The notes under the pieces were generated by a model. That model was not told where the DNA came from. It saw only the letters and a list, made by a program, of their open reading frames with translations, and did no database searches. Source: Cetorhinus maximus (Eukaryota). From it: DNA of 64,000 bases. The translations under genes were made by a program, and so were the position numbers. The stretch spans positions 66,340,001 through 66,404,000 of the forward strand of contig NC_135899.1 in NCBI RefSeq assembly GCF_964194155.1. The letters are read 5' to 3'. Of this stretch, positions 13,631 through 26,944 are shown one piece after another; the first letter of the stretch is position 1, and each line of letters starts with the position of its first letter.

Positions 13631-15759
13631 TTGGTACGTTTTATTATGTTAAAGGTGCTGTATAAATACAAGTTATTGTTGCTGTTGATATTCGCATAGA
13701 ATATAAACAATTAAGTATAGTCGATTGAACGTATTAACGATATATTAAAACTAGCTTTAACAGGAATTGTTCTTATAAATAATTCATGTTTCATTCTTCA
13801 TTCTAATATAAAACTATATATAGTAAATTGTTATGAAACTGTTTTATTTCAAGACAAGTAAGAAATAGAATACTGCTCTGACTATTATTTGATTTACAGG
13901 ACATGGAAAATTCTGCATTTGATATATATAAAACAAACTTGTTCAAGGTATATTATCTTAGATGATTGGGATATAGTCTACCAAAAGGAGAAAAAAAGCC
14001 TTATGAAAAAAAAACTATTAATAGGAATCCTGAAATGGTGTCTAATATGAGACTCAAATATTGATCAACTTGCTGTTAAGAGATGAATTTGCTATCAAGA
14101 AGATTGATCTAGACTAGACTTGTTTGCGTACATAATAACATTTCATAACTTCAAATGAAAACAATTAAGTTTTCTCTATATATTTTTCCCAATTGATTCC
14201 CTTCTTCCTCTCTCTCCCATTCTGAAGGGATTGGCTCCCGCGGGAGCAGGGTTCCAAGGGCACCATTGCTCTGCAGCATGTTGCCCAAATGACCATTCTC
14301 CATGTGAGAGCTTAGATATGAAGGCAATTTGCTGCACAGCATCCTGCCACATAATGGGCATCCACACCTGCAAACATCCAGCAGGGGTGAGTGGATAGCA
14401 ATTAGGAGCAGGAACCCTGGATGCCTGTCTTTTCTTTAACCAAAGGACAGTGACACCAATTGTAGCACGCCTATTACTGAGCTAAAGTTAGACAACCAAG
14501 CACAGATTGCTAAATCAAACCTGGGATCTTACTGATTTTTATGGCTTAGCTACCAAAGGTTTTAATGAATTCTCTATCCAAGAGATAATTTTATAAACAT
14601 TTCTGAATAAATTGTTTTAACATTTTCTTAATGCAATATATAATACAAAAGGAAAAGAAGGTTATGAACATGTAAAATTGGTTGCAAAACATTCATGTAG
14701 CCAAAACCTGAAACAAGCAATTTAATCTATGATGGAAAGTATGCACACTCAGATAAACTTTAAAAAAATGTTTGTGATGTAGTGCAATAAAGGTATAACC
14801 ATGGGGATAAATATAATTTATTTTACAGCAGTCAAAACCCATTATAATTTGAAATAGTATTAAGTGAAACCTTAACGCAGCAGGTAACACTGTCTCCAAT
14901 GCTTAAGCAATTGGTCAGAGGCCCCATCTTTCAGATAATTTGTTAAACTCAGACCTCAGTTGCTTGTTCCAGTGATTTGAGTGGATGTTAAAACATCTAT
15001 GTCATGATTTGAAAAAGAACACAAAGTTCTCCTGGTGTCCTAGCCAACATTCTACCCTCAAACCACACTAACTTGTTCAATAACAGATTAAATGGTCATT
15101 CATTTACGAACTGTTTTTTCCGATCTCACCATGCATAAATTGGCTGCTGTGTTGGCTACATACCCAAGGCCTCTCCACTTCAAAGAAAGTCATTGAATAC
15201 TTTACATTGCTTATGAGAGACATGATAAGTTGCTAAGCAATTCTTTCTTTTCTATATATTCCCTTTATTTTCCCAGTAAGGGTCCTTGGATGGAGATCAG
15301 GCTTAAGAAACCTGCCTGAATTTTTCCCTGTCTCCACTAACCCTCTGCCGTCTTTATGGGATCTAAGTGAAATGGATTTGGTCAACCCAATTACTAGTAG
15401 GTATAAATTCATAGCACAAAACTTCCCATAATTCCACAGCAATTGACAATGGTTGATTTTGGAAGTACAAAGCTTAACTAAAAAAATTCACAAAAAACAT
15501 GATCCTTTTCTGAAGATATTGTTGAATATTTTTGGAGCAGAATAGATGCGCTTTAACTTTTATATGATTTGAGTTATGCCTGTCCTGGGAGTGCTTCATG
15601 TTGGTGCTAAAGGTGCACAAGTATTTCTTTCACAATCCCTCAGCTTGATAAACATAAAATTCAACAAGAATGCAAACAAAAACAAAAACAAAAATATTAC
15701 AATGTTTTTAATATATATATTGCCTTAAGATGTCTGTTTGCAACATTGGTGTCATATTT

Positions 15760-16468
15760 GGCCTCAAGATGAGCTTCCAACTACATAGTCACACCTTCAC
15801 TAAGACTGCCTATTTCCACCTCTTTAACATCACCCAGATTCACCCTCCTCAGCTCATATGCTGCTGAGACACTCATTCAGCTTTTGTCACCTCTAGACTT
15901 GACTATTCCAATGGAGTCCTGGCTGGTCTCCCATATTCTACCCTCCATAAATTTGAGGTAATCTAAAACCCTGCTGCCCCTATCTTAACTTGCACCAAAT
16001 CCCATTCAACTATTACGCTGTGCTCACTGACCAACATTAGCTCCTGGTTAAACAATGAATTGATATTTAAATTCTCATCATTGTTTTCAAATCCTTCCAT
16101 AACCTAGCCCTATTCCATCTCTGTAATCTTCTCTATTGCACAACCCTCCAAGATATCTCCACTCATCTAATTCTGGCCTCTTGAACATCTCCAATTTTAA
16201 TCGCGTCACCATTTGTGGCTATGCGTTCAATTTCCTAGGATCTAAGCTCTGGAATTCCCTCCTTATACCTCTCTGCCTCTCTACCACATTTTCATCCTTT
16301 AAGTCACTCCTTAAAACCTATCTCTTTGACCAAGCTTTCAGTCATCTGACCTAATATGTCCTCATGTGGCTCAGTGTTATATTTGGTTTTATAATGTCTC
16401 TATGAAGAGCCTTGGGGAATATTTCATTTCATCAAAACCTCAATATGAATATAAATTATTGTTGTTAT
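15760..16468 (+). mobile_element. L2-type LINE 3' portion
   Basis: SRLDYSN, LWNSL..FKSLLKTYLFDQAF; ttgttgtt tail. Confidence 0.8.
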
Positions 16469-16778
16469 AAATAAATTAAGTTTGCATCTCATTGGAGCAT
16501 GTGATAAATTAACAACAGCCAAAATATATATTCCACTGAAATGTCACTTTTAACAAAGGTATTTTACAAATGTATGTCAGTGAATGACAGCGACTGGTGA
16601 TATTAGCAACTAAGATAATATCCATACTGTTCTATAGCTTTGTTGCGGCACATCCATATAACATTCCTCAAAAATGTACTTCTTTTTATGAAAGATATTG
16701 CTGCATAAAAAATTGAAACAACTTTACCACTCTTCCCATTGTCTAATACATTTATTAATCCAGTAAGTATCTAATCTG

Positions 16779-18079
16779 GAACAAAAACAAAAATACCTGG
16801 AAAAACTCAGCAGGTCTGACAGCATCTGCGGAGAGGGATACAGTTGACGTTTCGAGTCCATATGACTCTTCATCAGAACTAATGAAATATAGAAATGTGG
16901 TGAAATATAAGCTGGTAGAGGGGGGTGGACAGGTAGAGCTGGATAGAGGGCCAGTGATAGGTGGAGGCAAAGAAGAGATTGCCAAAGATGTCGTAGACAA
17001 AAGGACAAAGGGGTGTTGACGGTGGTGATATTATCTAAGGAATGTGCTAATGGTGACATTAAGGGTAGAAAGCAGGACAAACAAGTTACAGATAGCCCTA
17101 GTGGGGGTGGGGTGGGGGGAAGGGATCGAAATGGGCTAAAAGGTGGAGCTGAAACAATAGATCAAAATAAATTTAAAAATAGGAGGGAAAAGAAAAAAAT
17201 ATAGTTGTAAAAAATGATAACTTATTGGAAAAAGGGGGATCGGAAAGGGGGTGGGGATGGAGGAGAGAGTTCATGATCTGAAATTGTTGAACTCAATATT
17301 AAGTCCAGAAGACTGTAAAGTGCCTAGTCGGAAGATGAAGTGCTGTTCCTCCAGTTTGCGTTGAGCTTCACTGGAACATTGCAGTAGGCCAATGACGGAC
17401 ATGTGGGCATGAGAACAGGGTGGTGTGTTGAAATGGCAAGCGACAGGGAGGTCTGGGTCATGCTTGCGGACAGACCGAAGGTGTTCCGCAAAGTGGTCAC
17501 CCAGTCTGCGTTTGGTCTCTCCAATGTACAGGAGATCACATTGGGAGCAGTGAATGCAGTAGACTAAATTGATGGAAGTGCAAGTGAAGTGCTGCTTTAC
17601 TTGAAAGGAATATTTGGGCCCTTGGGCAGTGAGGATGGGGGAAGTAAAGGGGCAGGTGTTGCACCTTCTGCGGTTGCATGGGAAGGTGCCATGGGAGGGG
17701 GTTGAGGTGTAGTGGGTGATGGAGGAGTGGACCAGGGTGTCCTGGAAGGAATGATCCCTGTGGAAAGCCACCAGTGGGGGGTGAAGGGAAGATGTGTTTG
17801 GTGGTGGCATCATGCTGGAGTTGGCGGAAATGGCGGAGGATGATCCTTTGAATGCGGAGGCTGGTGGGGTGATAAGTGAGGACAAAGGGGACCCTATCAT
17901 GGTTCTGGGAGGGAGAGGAAGGTGTGAGGGCGGATGCACGGGAGATGGGCCAAACACGTTTGAGGGCCCTGTCAACCACCATGGGTGGAAAATCTCGATT
18001 AAGGAAGAAGGAAGACATGTCAGAGGAACTGTTTTGGAAATTGACATCATCAGAACAGATGCGACAGTATCGACAGTGC
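16779..18079 (-). mobile_element. Penelope-like retroelement, 5'-truncated: RT C-terminus, GIY-YIG endonuclease and 3' pLTR
   Basis: ORF 17271-18050 has NLVYCIHCSQCDLLYIGETKRRLGDHFAEH (GIY-YIG) and CNRRRCNTC. ORF 17536-18114 has VLTYHP...ILRHF, with a frameshift near 17780. Flanking repeat ctaatctg at 16771-16778 and 18080-18087. Confidence 0.9.
16842..16880 (-). ncRNA. Minimal type I hammerhead ribozyme motif in the Penelope 3' end
   Basis: Minus strand reads AGUU CUGAUGA A GAGUC-AUAUG-GACUC GAAA C GUC AACU: core, stem II, stem I and a GUC cleavage triplet. Confidence 0.75.
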
Positions 18080-18231
18080 CTAATCTGTACAGACAAGGAA
18101 GATAATGGGTTCAATCACCATTCTATGTGGAGTTAGCTGACTTCAGCTACTGCAATTGAAGGAGAGCTGCCCTTGATCTTAACAGTCCAGTGTTAGGGAA
18201 GAAAAATTGGCTAGGGTTTCCATTATTAATT

Positions 18232-18995
18232 TAAAAAATATATTCGTGCACTGGATATGGGCATCGCCAGCTCAGCCAACATTTATTCCCCATCCGTAAT
18301 TTCCCTTGAGAAGGTGGTGAGCCGCTTTCTTGAACCGCTGCAGTCCATGTGGTGTAGGTAGACACACAGAGCTGTGGGGAGGGAGTTCCAGGATTTTGAT
18401 CCAGCGACAGTGAAGATATGGTTAGGATGGTATGTGGCATGGAGGAGAACTTGCAGTTGGTGGTGTTCTCATGCATCTGCTGCCCTTGTTCTTCGAGGTG
18501 GTAGAGGTCACAGGTTTGGAAGGCGCTGTCAAAGGAGCCTTGGTGAGTTGCTGCAGTGCATCTTGTAGATGGTGCACACTGTTGCTATTGTGCATTGGTG
18601 GTGGAGGGAATGAATGTTTAAGGTAGTGAATGGGGTGCCAATAAGCAGACTGCTTTGTCCTGGATGGTGTCAAGCTTCTTGAGTGTTGTTGGAACTGCAC
18701 TCATCCAGGCGAGTGGAGAGAAGTCCATCATACTCCTGACTTGTGCCTTGTAGATGATATACATGCTTTGGGGAGTCAAGAGGTGAGTTACTCCCAGCCC
18801 CTGACCTGCTCTTGTGAACACAGTACTTATTCGATGGTAACCCCAGGATGTTAATAATGGGGGATTCAGTGATGGTAATGCCATTGAATGTCAAGGGAAG
18901 ATGGTTAGATTCTCTCTTGCTGGAGATGGTCATTGCCTGGCACTTGTGTGGCGTGTGGCCATTTATCAACCCAAGCCTGAATATTGTCCAGGTCA
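18232..18995 (-). mobile_element. Second LINE family 3' portion
   Basis: IYKAQVRSMMDFSPLAWMSAVPTTLKKLDTIQDKA; same tail as 42290-43110. Confidence 0.85.
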
Positions 18996-20159
18996 ATTAT
19001 TAATAATTATTATGGAAGTGCACTTGTTTGGATATCAATTGGTGATAGATTGCACTTAACTACAAACCTCCCAGTTTGTTCAATGGCCTGCTAAGATTCC
19101 ATGTCAAGGCTCATTTTCTATCTCAAGATTGAACTACCATTAGAGCTACCATCTTAAATGAAAAATTTCCTTTTTCATATGGGTACTATGGTAACTACAT
19201 TGTTTACATTGCTAAGCCCCTTACTAGGCACCCAACCCTCATGGAAGTCACAGAATCACAGAATGTGTACAGCACAGAAGGAGGCCATTGAATGTCATTG
19301 CCAGCACTCCATAGGAGCAATTCACCTAGTCTCACTCTCTATTCTATTCCAACATTTAAGGTGCAACTATCTCTGTGAAGAGGTTGGGTGATCCCATTGT
19401 CTCAAATCAATTTGAGTATATATGTTTCTACAATGATTCATTTTCCAACTAATTTGTGCTACACATTATCTCAAAAAAGCTTATATCATTCAGTGAGTTA
19501 GTGAACTCAGTTTAACTCAACTTCATAAGAACATTATAATTTAACTTGAAACAAAATCTCCTCTACACCAAATAGGTTAAAAATCTTAAAATGCTACTGG
19601 CATGCTTTGGGCTCTGTTGGCCATTTTTCAATAGAAAGGATTTAAAGAGTTGCTTCAAGAATTGCAATTTACAGTATTGTATAATCAGGAAAACTAAAAG
19701 GAGTCTGAGATGATAGGTCATTAAGATGAACTAGCTTTGATGTTCTTTCCTCAAGATTGTAAATAATAAGCAATTTGTTAACTTGACAAACATCTTACAC
19801 CCATTTTGTTGGGCAGTTGCTGGTCCCAGGCACTCAGCAGGAAGCCTGGTAAGGCCTTCCCCTTTTTTTTGGCTGCAAACAGGAAGAGACAAATAAGTGA
19901 CTGACACAGCCAGGAAGCTTTCTGAAACAGGGAAGCTGCAAAGACAGTTAGGTTTCTTAAACAGAAAACTGCAGCAGTTTTTGCTGAAGCAAAGAGGTTA
20001 GACATCCAGGGCAAAAATTAAAAGACATCTTGAAATTGTTAATGACTCCTTCTCCTCATGTACTGTTCCCCCGACCCTTTCAAATCTGTCCTTATTACCC
20101 CCTCATAAAAACACTCACCCTTTCCCCACTATCCTTGCAAATTACCCACCAACAACCTT

Positions 20160-20838
20160 CCTTTCCTCTCCCAGGTCCTTCAACATGTCACCATTTCCCA
20201 AATCTGCCTTTCTTTCCTGCAGCTCCATGTATGAACCTTTCCAATTAGATTTCCACCACCACAACATTGTAATTACCCTAATCAAAGTCATAAATAGCAT
20301 CCTCTGCGACTGTGACCATGATGCTCTAACCGTCCTCCATTGTCCAGCTGGTTCCACTCCCATTCAGCTATGGCCAGCACATCTTTTGCAAGGCCTTCTC
20401 TTCCTGCTCCTGCATCAGTAGCTCTAGAGCCCCCTTCTCCTAAGGATTTATCCTCGGCCTCCACAGATTTTCATCTACATACTGCCCCTCACCAACATCA
20501 CGCAAAGGCAAGATGTTAGATTCCAAGTTTACACTGACAATACCCAACAGCACCACCTCTCTTGACCCCTCCACTGCCCGTGTGTTGTCAAACTGCTTAT
20601 CATATATCCAGTCTTAGATGAGCTGAAATCTCCTCCAAGTAAACATCATGAAGACCGAAACTATTGTTTATTGTACCCACCACAAACTCCGTTCAATCAT
20701 CACTGATTCCATCCCCATCCCTCTCTATCTCTCTTTCCTCCATTAAGGTACTCCTTAAAACCTACTATTGTGACCAAGCTTTTCGTCACCTGTCCTAACA
20801 TCTCCTTCTTTGGCTTGATGTCAGTTTTGTCTGATTAA
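20160..20838 (+). mobile_element. Degraded, internally deleted L2-type LINE
   Basis: HHNIVITLIKVIN (HSTETALxKV-like), YTDNTQ (YADD-like), L2 3' end at about 20750-20830. Confidence 0.65.
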
Positions 20839-20839
20839 G

Positions 20840-21850
20840 GCTGGGGCCTCAACTTTTTACAATTTATATCAATGACTTAGAGAAGGGGAGTGAAAGCATG
20901 GTAGCTAAATTTGCAGAGGACACAAAGATGGGTGGGAAAGTATGTTGTGAAGAGGACATAGGGAGGTTGCAGACGGTTATAGATAGGTTAAATGAGTGGC
21001 AAAAAATCAGGCAGATGGAGTATAGTATGGGAAAATGTGAAATTGTTCATTTTGGCAGGAAGAATAAAAATGCAGAGTATTACTTAAACAGCAAATAACT
21101 GCAGAATTCTGAGGGGTAGAGTGATCTAAGTATTCTAATGCATGAGCCACAAAAGGTTAGAATGCAGGTACAGCAAGTAATTAAGAAGGCGAAGAATGCT
21201 ATCCTTTATTACAAGAGTAATTGAACATAAAAGTAAGGATGTTATGCTTCAATTCTACAGGGCATTGGTGAGACCACATCTCGAATACTGTGTGCAGTTT
21301 TGTTCTCCTTATTTAAGGATGTAAATGCGTTGGAGGTAGTTCAGAGGAGGTTTACTAGATTGATACCTGGAATGAGCGGGTTGTCTTATGAGGAAAGGTT
21401 GGACAGACTGGGCTTGTTTCTGCTGGAGTTTAGAAGATTGAAGGGTGACTTGATTGAAGTACATAAGATCCTGAATGGTCTCGACAAGGTGGATATGGAA
21501 GGGATGTTTCCTCTTGTGAGTCAGTTCAGAACTAGGAGGCACTGTTTTAATAATACGTGGCACTCTTTTAGGACAAGAGATGAGGAGAATTTTTTTCTCT
21601 CAGAGGGCTGTGCGACTTTGGAACTCCCTGCCTCAGAAGGCAGTGGGGGAGAGGTCATTGAATATTTTTAAGGTGGAGGTAGATGGAATCTTGTTAGGCA
21701 AGGGAATCAAAGATTGTCGTGGGTAGATGGGAATGTGGAAATCGAAACACAAGAAGATCAGCCATGATCTTATTGAATGGCAGAGAAGGCTTGAAAGGCT
21801 GAATGGCCTACTTCTACTCCTATTTGATATGTTCATATGTAAGTTCCTAT
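20840..21850 (+). mobile_element. CR1 LINE, 5'-truncated
   Basis: KFAEDTK, VQRRFTRLIPGM, LKGDLIEV; 3' tail gaatggcctacttct. Confidence 0.9.
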
Positions 21851-22594
21851 GAGGTAACTTAGGATGCTTTACTACATTACGATACACTTGGATCCAAGTT
21901 TTTTTTAAGTCATGTAAGATGACCCATTGATATGGGGTAGTGTGGTATGTACTTTATTTTGTAATATAAATAAATATACATTTAGCAGGTTGATTCTGAT
22001 CATAACAGCTGTTTTATGTGTTCACCTTACAGCGAAATAAAGCAGCTTATCAATTCATAATTGACCTCATCTCTCAAAGTGTTTGGTCAGTCTGCCTTCA
22101 GCGAGATTGAAGAAGCATGTGCCTGAAATTAAATGCGGGCCCACAGACCAAAATTCATTCAGTCATTGCTGCTTTGATGCATATACTAATTACCAAATTA
22201 AGAAATGCAAGACATTGCTAGTAAAAACAGCTTATCAAAAACATGTTTTTTCAACATATTTGTTTAAATAGGCTACAGGAAGCATATCTGGAAATCAGTT
22301 TTGAATGGAGCTGAATTGTTGTGTTGTAATGACACATATTCAAATTGGCCTGGGTTAATGATTATATCCTTGCTAATGTTAATGCAACTCCCTCATACTA
22401 TGAGTTTGTGTATGTTTCATCTAGTACATACCTGCCACACTTCAGACATCACATTAGATGTTACATTTCATTACAGAGGCAACATAGTCCTTAAAGATAA
22501 GAGACAGTCTTGGCCTAAACTGTAAAATGTAAAAGCATGTTCATCTAACAACAATTAAACATTGATTGGTCTGAAACCATTTTTTTTTAACTTC

Positions 22595-22940
22595 ATTCAG
22601 AGGATGTAGGAGTCAGTGGTAAGGCCAACATTCATTGCTCATCCCGAATTGCCTTTGAGAAGATTCTGGTGACCTTCTTGAGAACTGAGTGGCTTTCCAG
22701 GCCATTTCAGAAGGCAGTTAAGAGTCAACTACGTTGTTGTGGGTCTGGAATCACATATAGGCCAGATCAGGTAACGGCAGCAGATTTCTTTCCCCAAACG
22801 ACATTAGTGAACCAAATGGGTTTTAGGACATCCTGGTAGCTTCGTGGTCACCATTGCTGATACTAACATTTTATTTTTATTAACTAACCATCCTTCTGCA
22901 TTACCAGACCAGTAATATAATCACTATGCTACCATACCCA
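22595..22940 (-). mobile_element. SINE sharing its 3' tail with the second LINE family
   Basis: Minus-strand head ggtagcatagtg...ctggtaat; tail matches ctcaagggcaattagggatg. Related copy at about 10930-11255 (+). Confidence 0.6.
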
Positions 22941-23340
22941 TTTTACTCTGCAACAATTAGACCTTGTGTCGTAATGGAACATAGATTTACTTTGCAGTAA
23001 ATTAATAAATACAAAGTTAATAGTAAGTCAATGTATCAGCTGAATTGCCAAAATAATGCCATCTAGTTAATGTTTTTAAAGGAGAATGACCCATCCGTAC
23101 TCTTAACAAGTTAACTGCTGGTACAAGAATAAGAGTTTCAGGCGACAGTAAAAATACCTCCTTCGCAACGAAAACATCGACGCGTTTAGAAGTTTGACCC
23201 CAGAAAGGGTTCAATTCAATCCCATAACGTAAAACACTGGAGATACAAAACGAATGGACTTGGACTGAAAGTACCCCTCCTCTCCTCAGACTTTATTCTC
23301 ACTGTGTGTGACATGACGGAGTAAGATAAATGTTGATGAG

Positions 23341-23477
23341 AACAAAAACATAATTACCTGGAAAAACTCAGCAGGTCTGGCAGCATCGGTGGAGAAGAAA
23401 TCAGTTAACGTTTCGGGTCTTCATGACCCTTCGGCAGAACTGAGTATAGTTAGGAGAAAAGTGAAATACGGTGAAAT
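23341..23477 (-). mobile_element. Penelope 3'-end insertion inside a CR1 tail
   Basis: 11-bp TSD atgttgatgag at 23330-23340 and 23478-23488. Variant core CTGCCGA A GGGTC..GACCC GAAA CGTT. Confidence 0.75.
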
Positions 23478-23599
23478 ATGTTGATGAGGTTAGGTGAAGA
23501 GGGGATGTGAGGAGGCTCCTGTGGGACATAAAAGCACCAGCCTGGGGCGGGGAGTGCGGGGTGGGGTGGGGTGGGAGGGGATGGCCTCTTTCTGTGCTG

Positions 23600-26500
23600 G
23601 AAATGCTTTGTAATATGACTCAATGAGTGTTATAAACAGCCTCCAATCTCCATAATACTACAGACCCCCACTGGGTTGAGTTTGAAACGTCAGTTCCTGT
23701 GTGTGGTTTTAGACCGTTTTGTAATCCAGCCCTCACTACATCGTTGCTGATCCAAGTCATCCACACGAACGCGGAGTTCTCCCCTGAAGCCATCTCTCAG
23801 CGAGTTTCATTAGCTAAGGTACAGAATTCATAAAACGGAAAGTGGGGGATTGAATCTCTACATTTAATAATCCTGTCGTTCTCTTAGCGAGGAGTTGCTG
23901 AGTGAAATTTATTTTCCTTATTTATAGATGAAGGACGGTCTATACTCGAAATATTGATTAATGCCGAGTAAAACATAACGACTTATTTTGAGCTGAGTTT
24001 TAAAATTGATTTTTTTCTGGCGGGGGGAATGCTATTTTTAAATAAAAGTCTATAAAACTGACAAACGAATTTCTGAAATGTCCCGAATTTCTGAAATGTT
24101 GTAATCTAATAATAGTAAAAACCAGTAGCCCGTGTTCTGTTTTCGGATTTGTTTTTATGGGGTTGTTTTGTTCCAGTGGGACTCCGATTCCCTACTTGTT
24201 GGAGACAGTCTGAAATTGGACACTTAAAAGTTGTCCAGCATCTGCTCAGTCGGCTCTAGCCATCAATAATATTTCTGTCAGCATCAGATTCACATTAACA
24301 AGCGGGGAAACAGGACAAAGTTTTGCCCATTTACTCGGGAGAAATGGCACCACTTGGTGAATACGATCAAAAATAACCAGTTTTCAGTGGCGCTACTCAA
24401 GACAACTTTACAGAACTAAAACTGACTGTAGATCGGGTTCGTTCATTCGTTTAGTTTTTTTTTTCTTCTGTTGCAAAGTATCTATAAAAAGTGATCCCGA
24501 CGTTCGTGTTTGATGAACAACCCGGGCTGCGCCTTGCTGCATGTTTCTATTTCTGTCCTCGGACACATTTGTAACTAGCTGAGCAGCTGGGAGCCTCGAC
24601 ATGACTCGCGGATACCTTTCCAGAAACTAAATATCATTGAAATTCCGTACCCTTGTTTCACCTTCATCCAAACAGGACGAGAATTCCGTGTCCTCACCAA
24701 AAGTTGCAGGTTTAGGAGCTAGTCTAGTTAATGTTCATTTGTCGACAGGCACTTTAGCAGGAAGTTTAATGATGTGAAACTTAATCTTCAATGTAGAAAC
24801 ATTTCCGATAGAAATAAAATAGGACTTAAAAACTCTGCTGTGGATGCAATATGGCATGAATGTATCTTTTCATCAGCCTCCAACTTTTTAAAGTCACGGA
24901 ACCCCCGCCATCACAGCCTTGTGCTGTGATATTATGTCCTTTTTGTTCCTGTAAACATGAATTCAACTTACACTGCTGCGCCGACAACCTTGAACTGCAG
25001 ATTATGGCATGTCAGAGGTTTCATTTGGTGTTAAGATAAACCTTTTCAAGGGGAAAGTGCCACCTAACCTTGACATGTCCATCTAGTGATCTACGTCATG
25101 CGGTTCTCTCCAATAATTAGTTGCATTTTGTTTCCTTGTCCGTTCTATTTATTTTTATTTGACTGACAGCAATCCATTCGGTGACCGTCCTTGCTTGTAT
25201 TTATTTCCCGGAGGTTGACCGGTACCAGCCCACCTGACGGTCAGTTCAGACTCTGGCCTGTGATATACAAATGTAATTTCGAAATAATGTTCTAAACTGA
25301 GCGCAAATATAAATACCTGGTTATTAAAACACCGGCTTTTGTTAATATGCGACGGCGAAGCATGGCCAAATGTTGGTCTTCTGTTATTTATAAAGAGTGT
25401 ATCAGTTATTCAAATGCGATAAAGCAGCAGGTGCCTGCTTTCTGGCTGTTACACAGTTCGCTGATCGCTGAAATTGAGTGTTTTTTTCATTGCAACTGAA
25501 CATGAAACACGCGCCCAACCCAATGGCGCTTCATGCAATTCTTGGTAAGGGTCTGCCTTGTGCATTTCGCCAGTAGCACCGGAGATCTATATTCACGCAT
25601 TTCGCCTGACGACATGTGAATATTTATAGATTTCGTTGGAATGAAATCCGCCCTGTTGGTATTTTTACCGTGCTATTTTAATCAAGAGCTGGGGATAGCA
25701 GCATGGTCAACTTTACAAAGGTCCGGCCACACTTATAGACTTTATATGTCGCATATCCTTAGAAAAAAAACCCCAAAAGAATGATCTTAAATTTCACTTT
25801 TCCAACCCCGTTCGTAAAATTTCTTTAGACGTCTGGTAAATCGTAAATTGGAATATTAAAAAAATGTTTGTGGCGGTTTATTATGGCAATGTTCCCGAGT
25901 GTTTTATGCTTAAAGTTTCAACTTATACATCATGACTTATATTATTATTATAAATACTGTATGGATGCTTTTGTAATGTAATTGATCGTCTGTCGCGGCG
26001 CGTTTGGTAGATTTGGTTAATTCGCTCAGGCTGGGTCTACACAGCAAGTTTTAGGTGCTGAACCCAAGAATAAGACGATCTCTTGGAGGGGAGCTCACAT
26101 TTCAGGCTTCAGGACGTTTGGTGCTGCTCTCGATTACACTGCCACATTTCCAATGACTTTACAGTGATGCTAAAACTGTTGTAGGGTCATCCTTTGACTT
26201 CGGAATTCTTATACCTTAAATGTATTGTTAAAAGGAGGGGGTGAGAAGGGATTCAAAATCAGAGGGAAAACGGGAGGAGTTGATTCTGTGGAGCGTTCTA
26301 GTGGTCGAACACATGAGTGGGTTTGACTGGAATGGCAATGCAATCGCAAAATCCGCCTCATGTTTACACTTGGATCTCTTATCAATTTTGTTTGGGTTGC
26401 CATGGAATTTCGCAGAGAAAAAACTATCTAATCCGTCAAAGGAAAAAATATATTTTTAAAAGTATCACAGTTCAACTAATCGTCGGGGGGGCGCGGAAGG

Positions 26501-26900
26501 CTCTAAAAGTGTCCCTGGTGGTTCATTTTTCCTCTCAGCATTAATCACGAGGCTATCAGAGGAGAAAATGCTCAGGGGAAAAAACCTATGTGAGTTCTAG
26601 GCCACATTGACAGAGTAGTTAAATGCGAGCATTGATGGCTACCTTTGCACAGTAATTCCACCATCTTCAAATTTGGGTCTCTTTTGTCACTCGGTGACCT
26701 GCTGGTGAATGCAGTAGTTAGATCACTGCATTTTCTCGGGCAGCTTTCATCGGGGTCAGGTGAGCACTGCTGACTGGAAAATCCGGGCCTTTTCCTATTC
26801 TGTAGCTCTCATCGATAATTTCTCTGTCCAGTGATATTTTGGCAAACTACATTATTAAAGATTTCAAGTGAGGTGCCATAAAATAAGAGCTCAAATATTA
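23600..26900 (+). promoter_or_regulatory. CpG-enriched regulatory domain upstream of the KLHL gene with muscle-type motifs
   Basis: CpG frequency visibly above background and few TEs. MEF2-consensus YTA(A/T)4TAR at 23918-23927, 24032-24041 and 25384-25393. E-boxes CAGCTG 24584-24589 and CAGGTG 25428-25433. Confidence 0.55.
25400..25544 (+). other. Probable first exon of the KLHL gene (5' boundary approximate)
   Basis: Donor TTG|gtaagg at 25544/25545 in a CpG-rich region just after a TATA/MEF2-like TTATTTATAAAG. ATG 25502 would splice in frame to the 29899 exon. Confidence 0.5.
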
Positions 26901-26944
26901 GCGCTGTCGCGTAACGCATTTATCCACAATTTAATCTTGCTGTC

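Noticed and set aside
24066-24099. Direct duplication cgaatttctgaaatgt x2
   Set aside because: Short local slippage with no further supporting structure.
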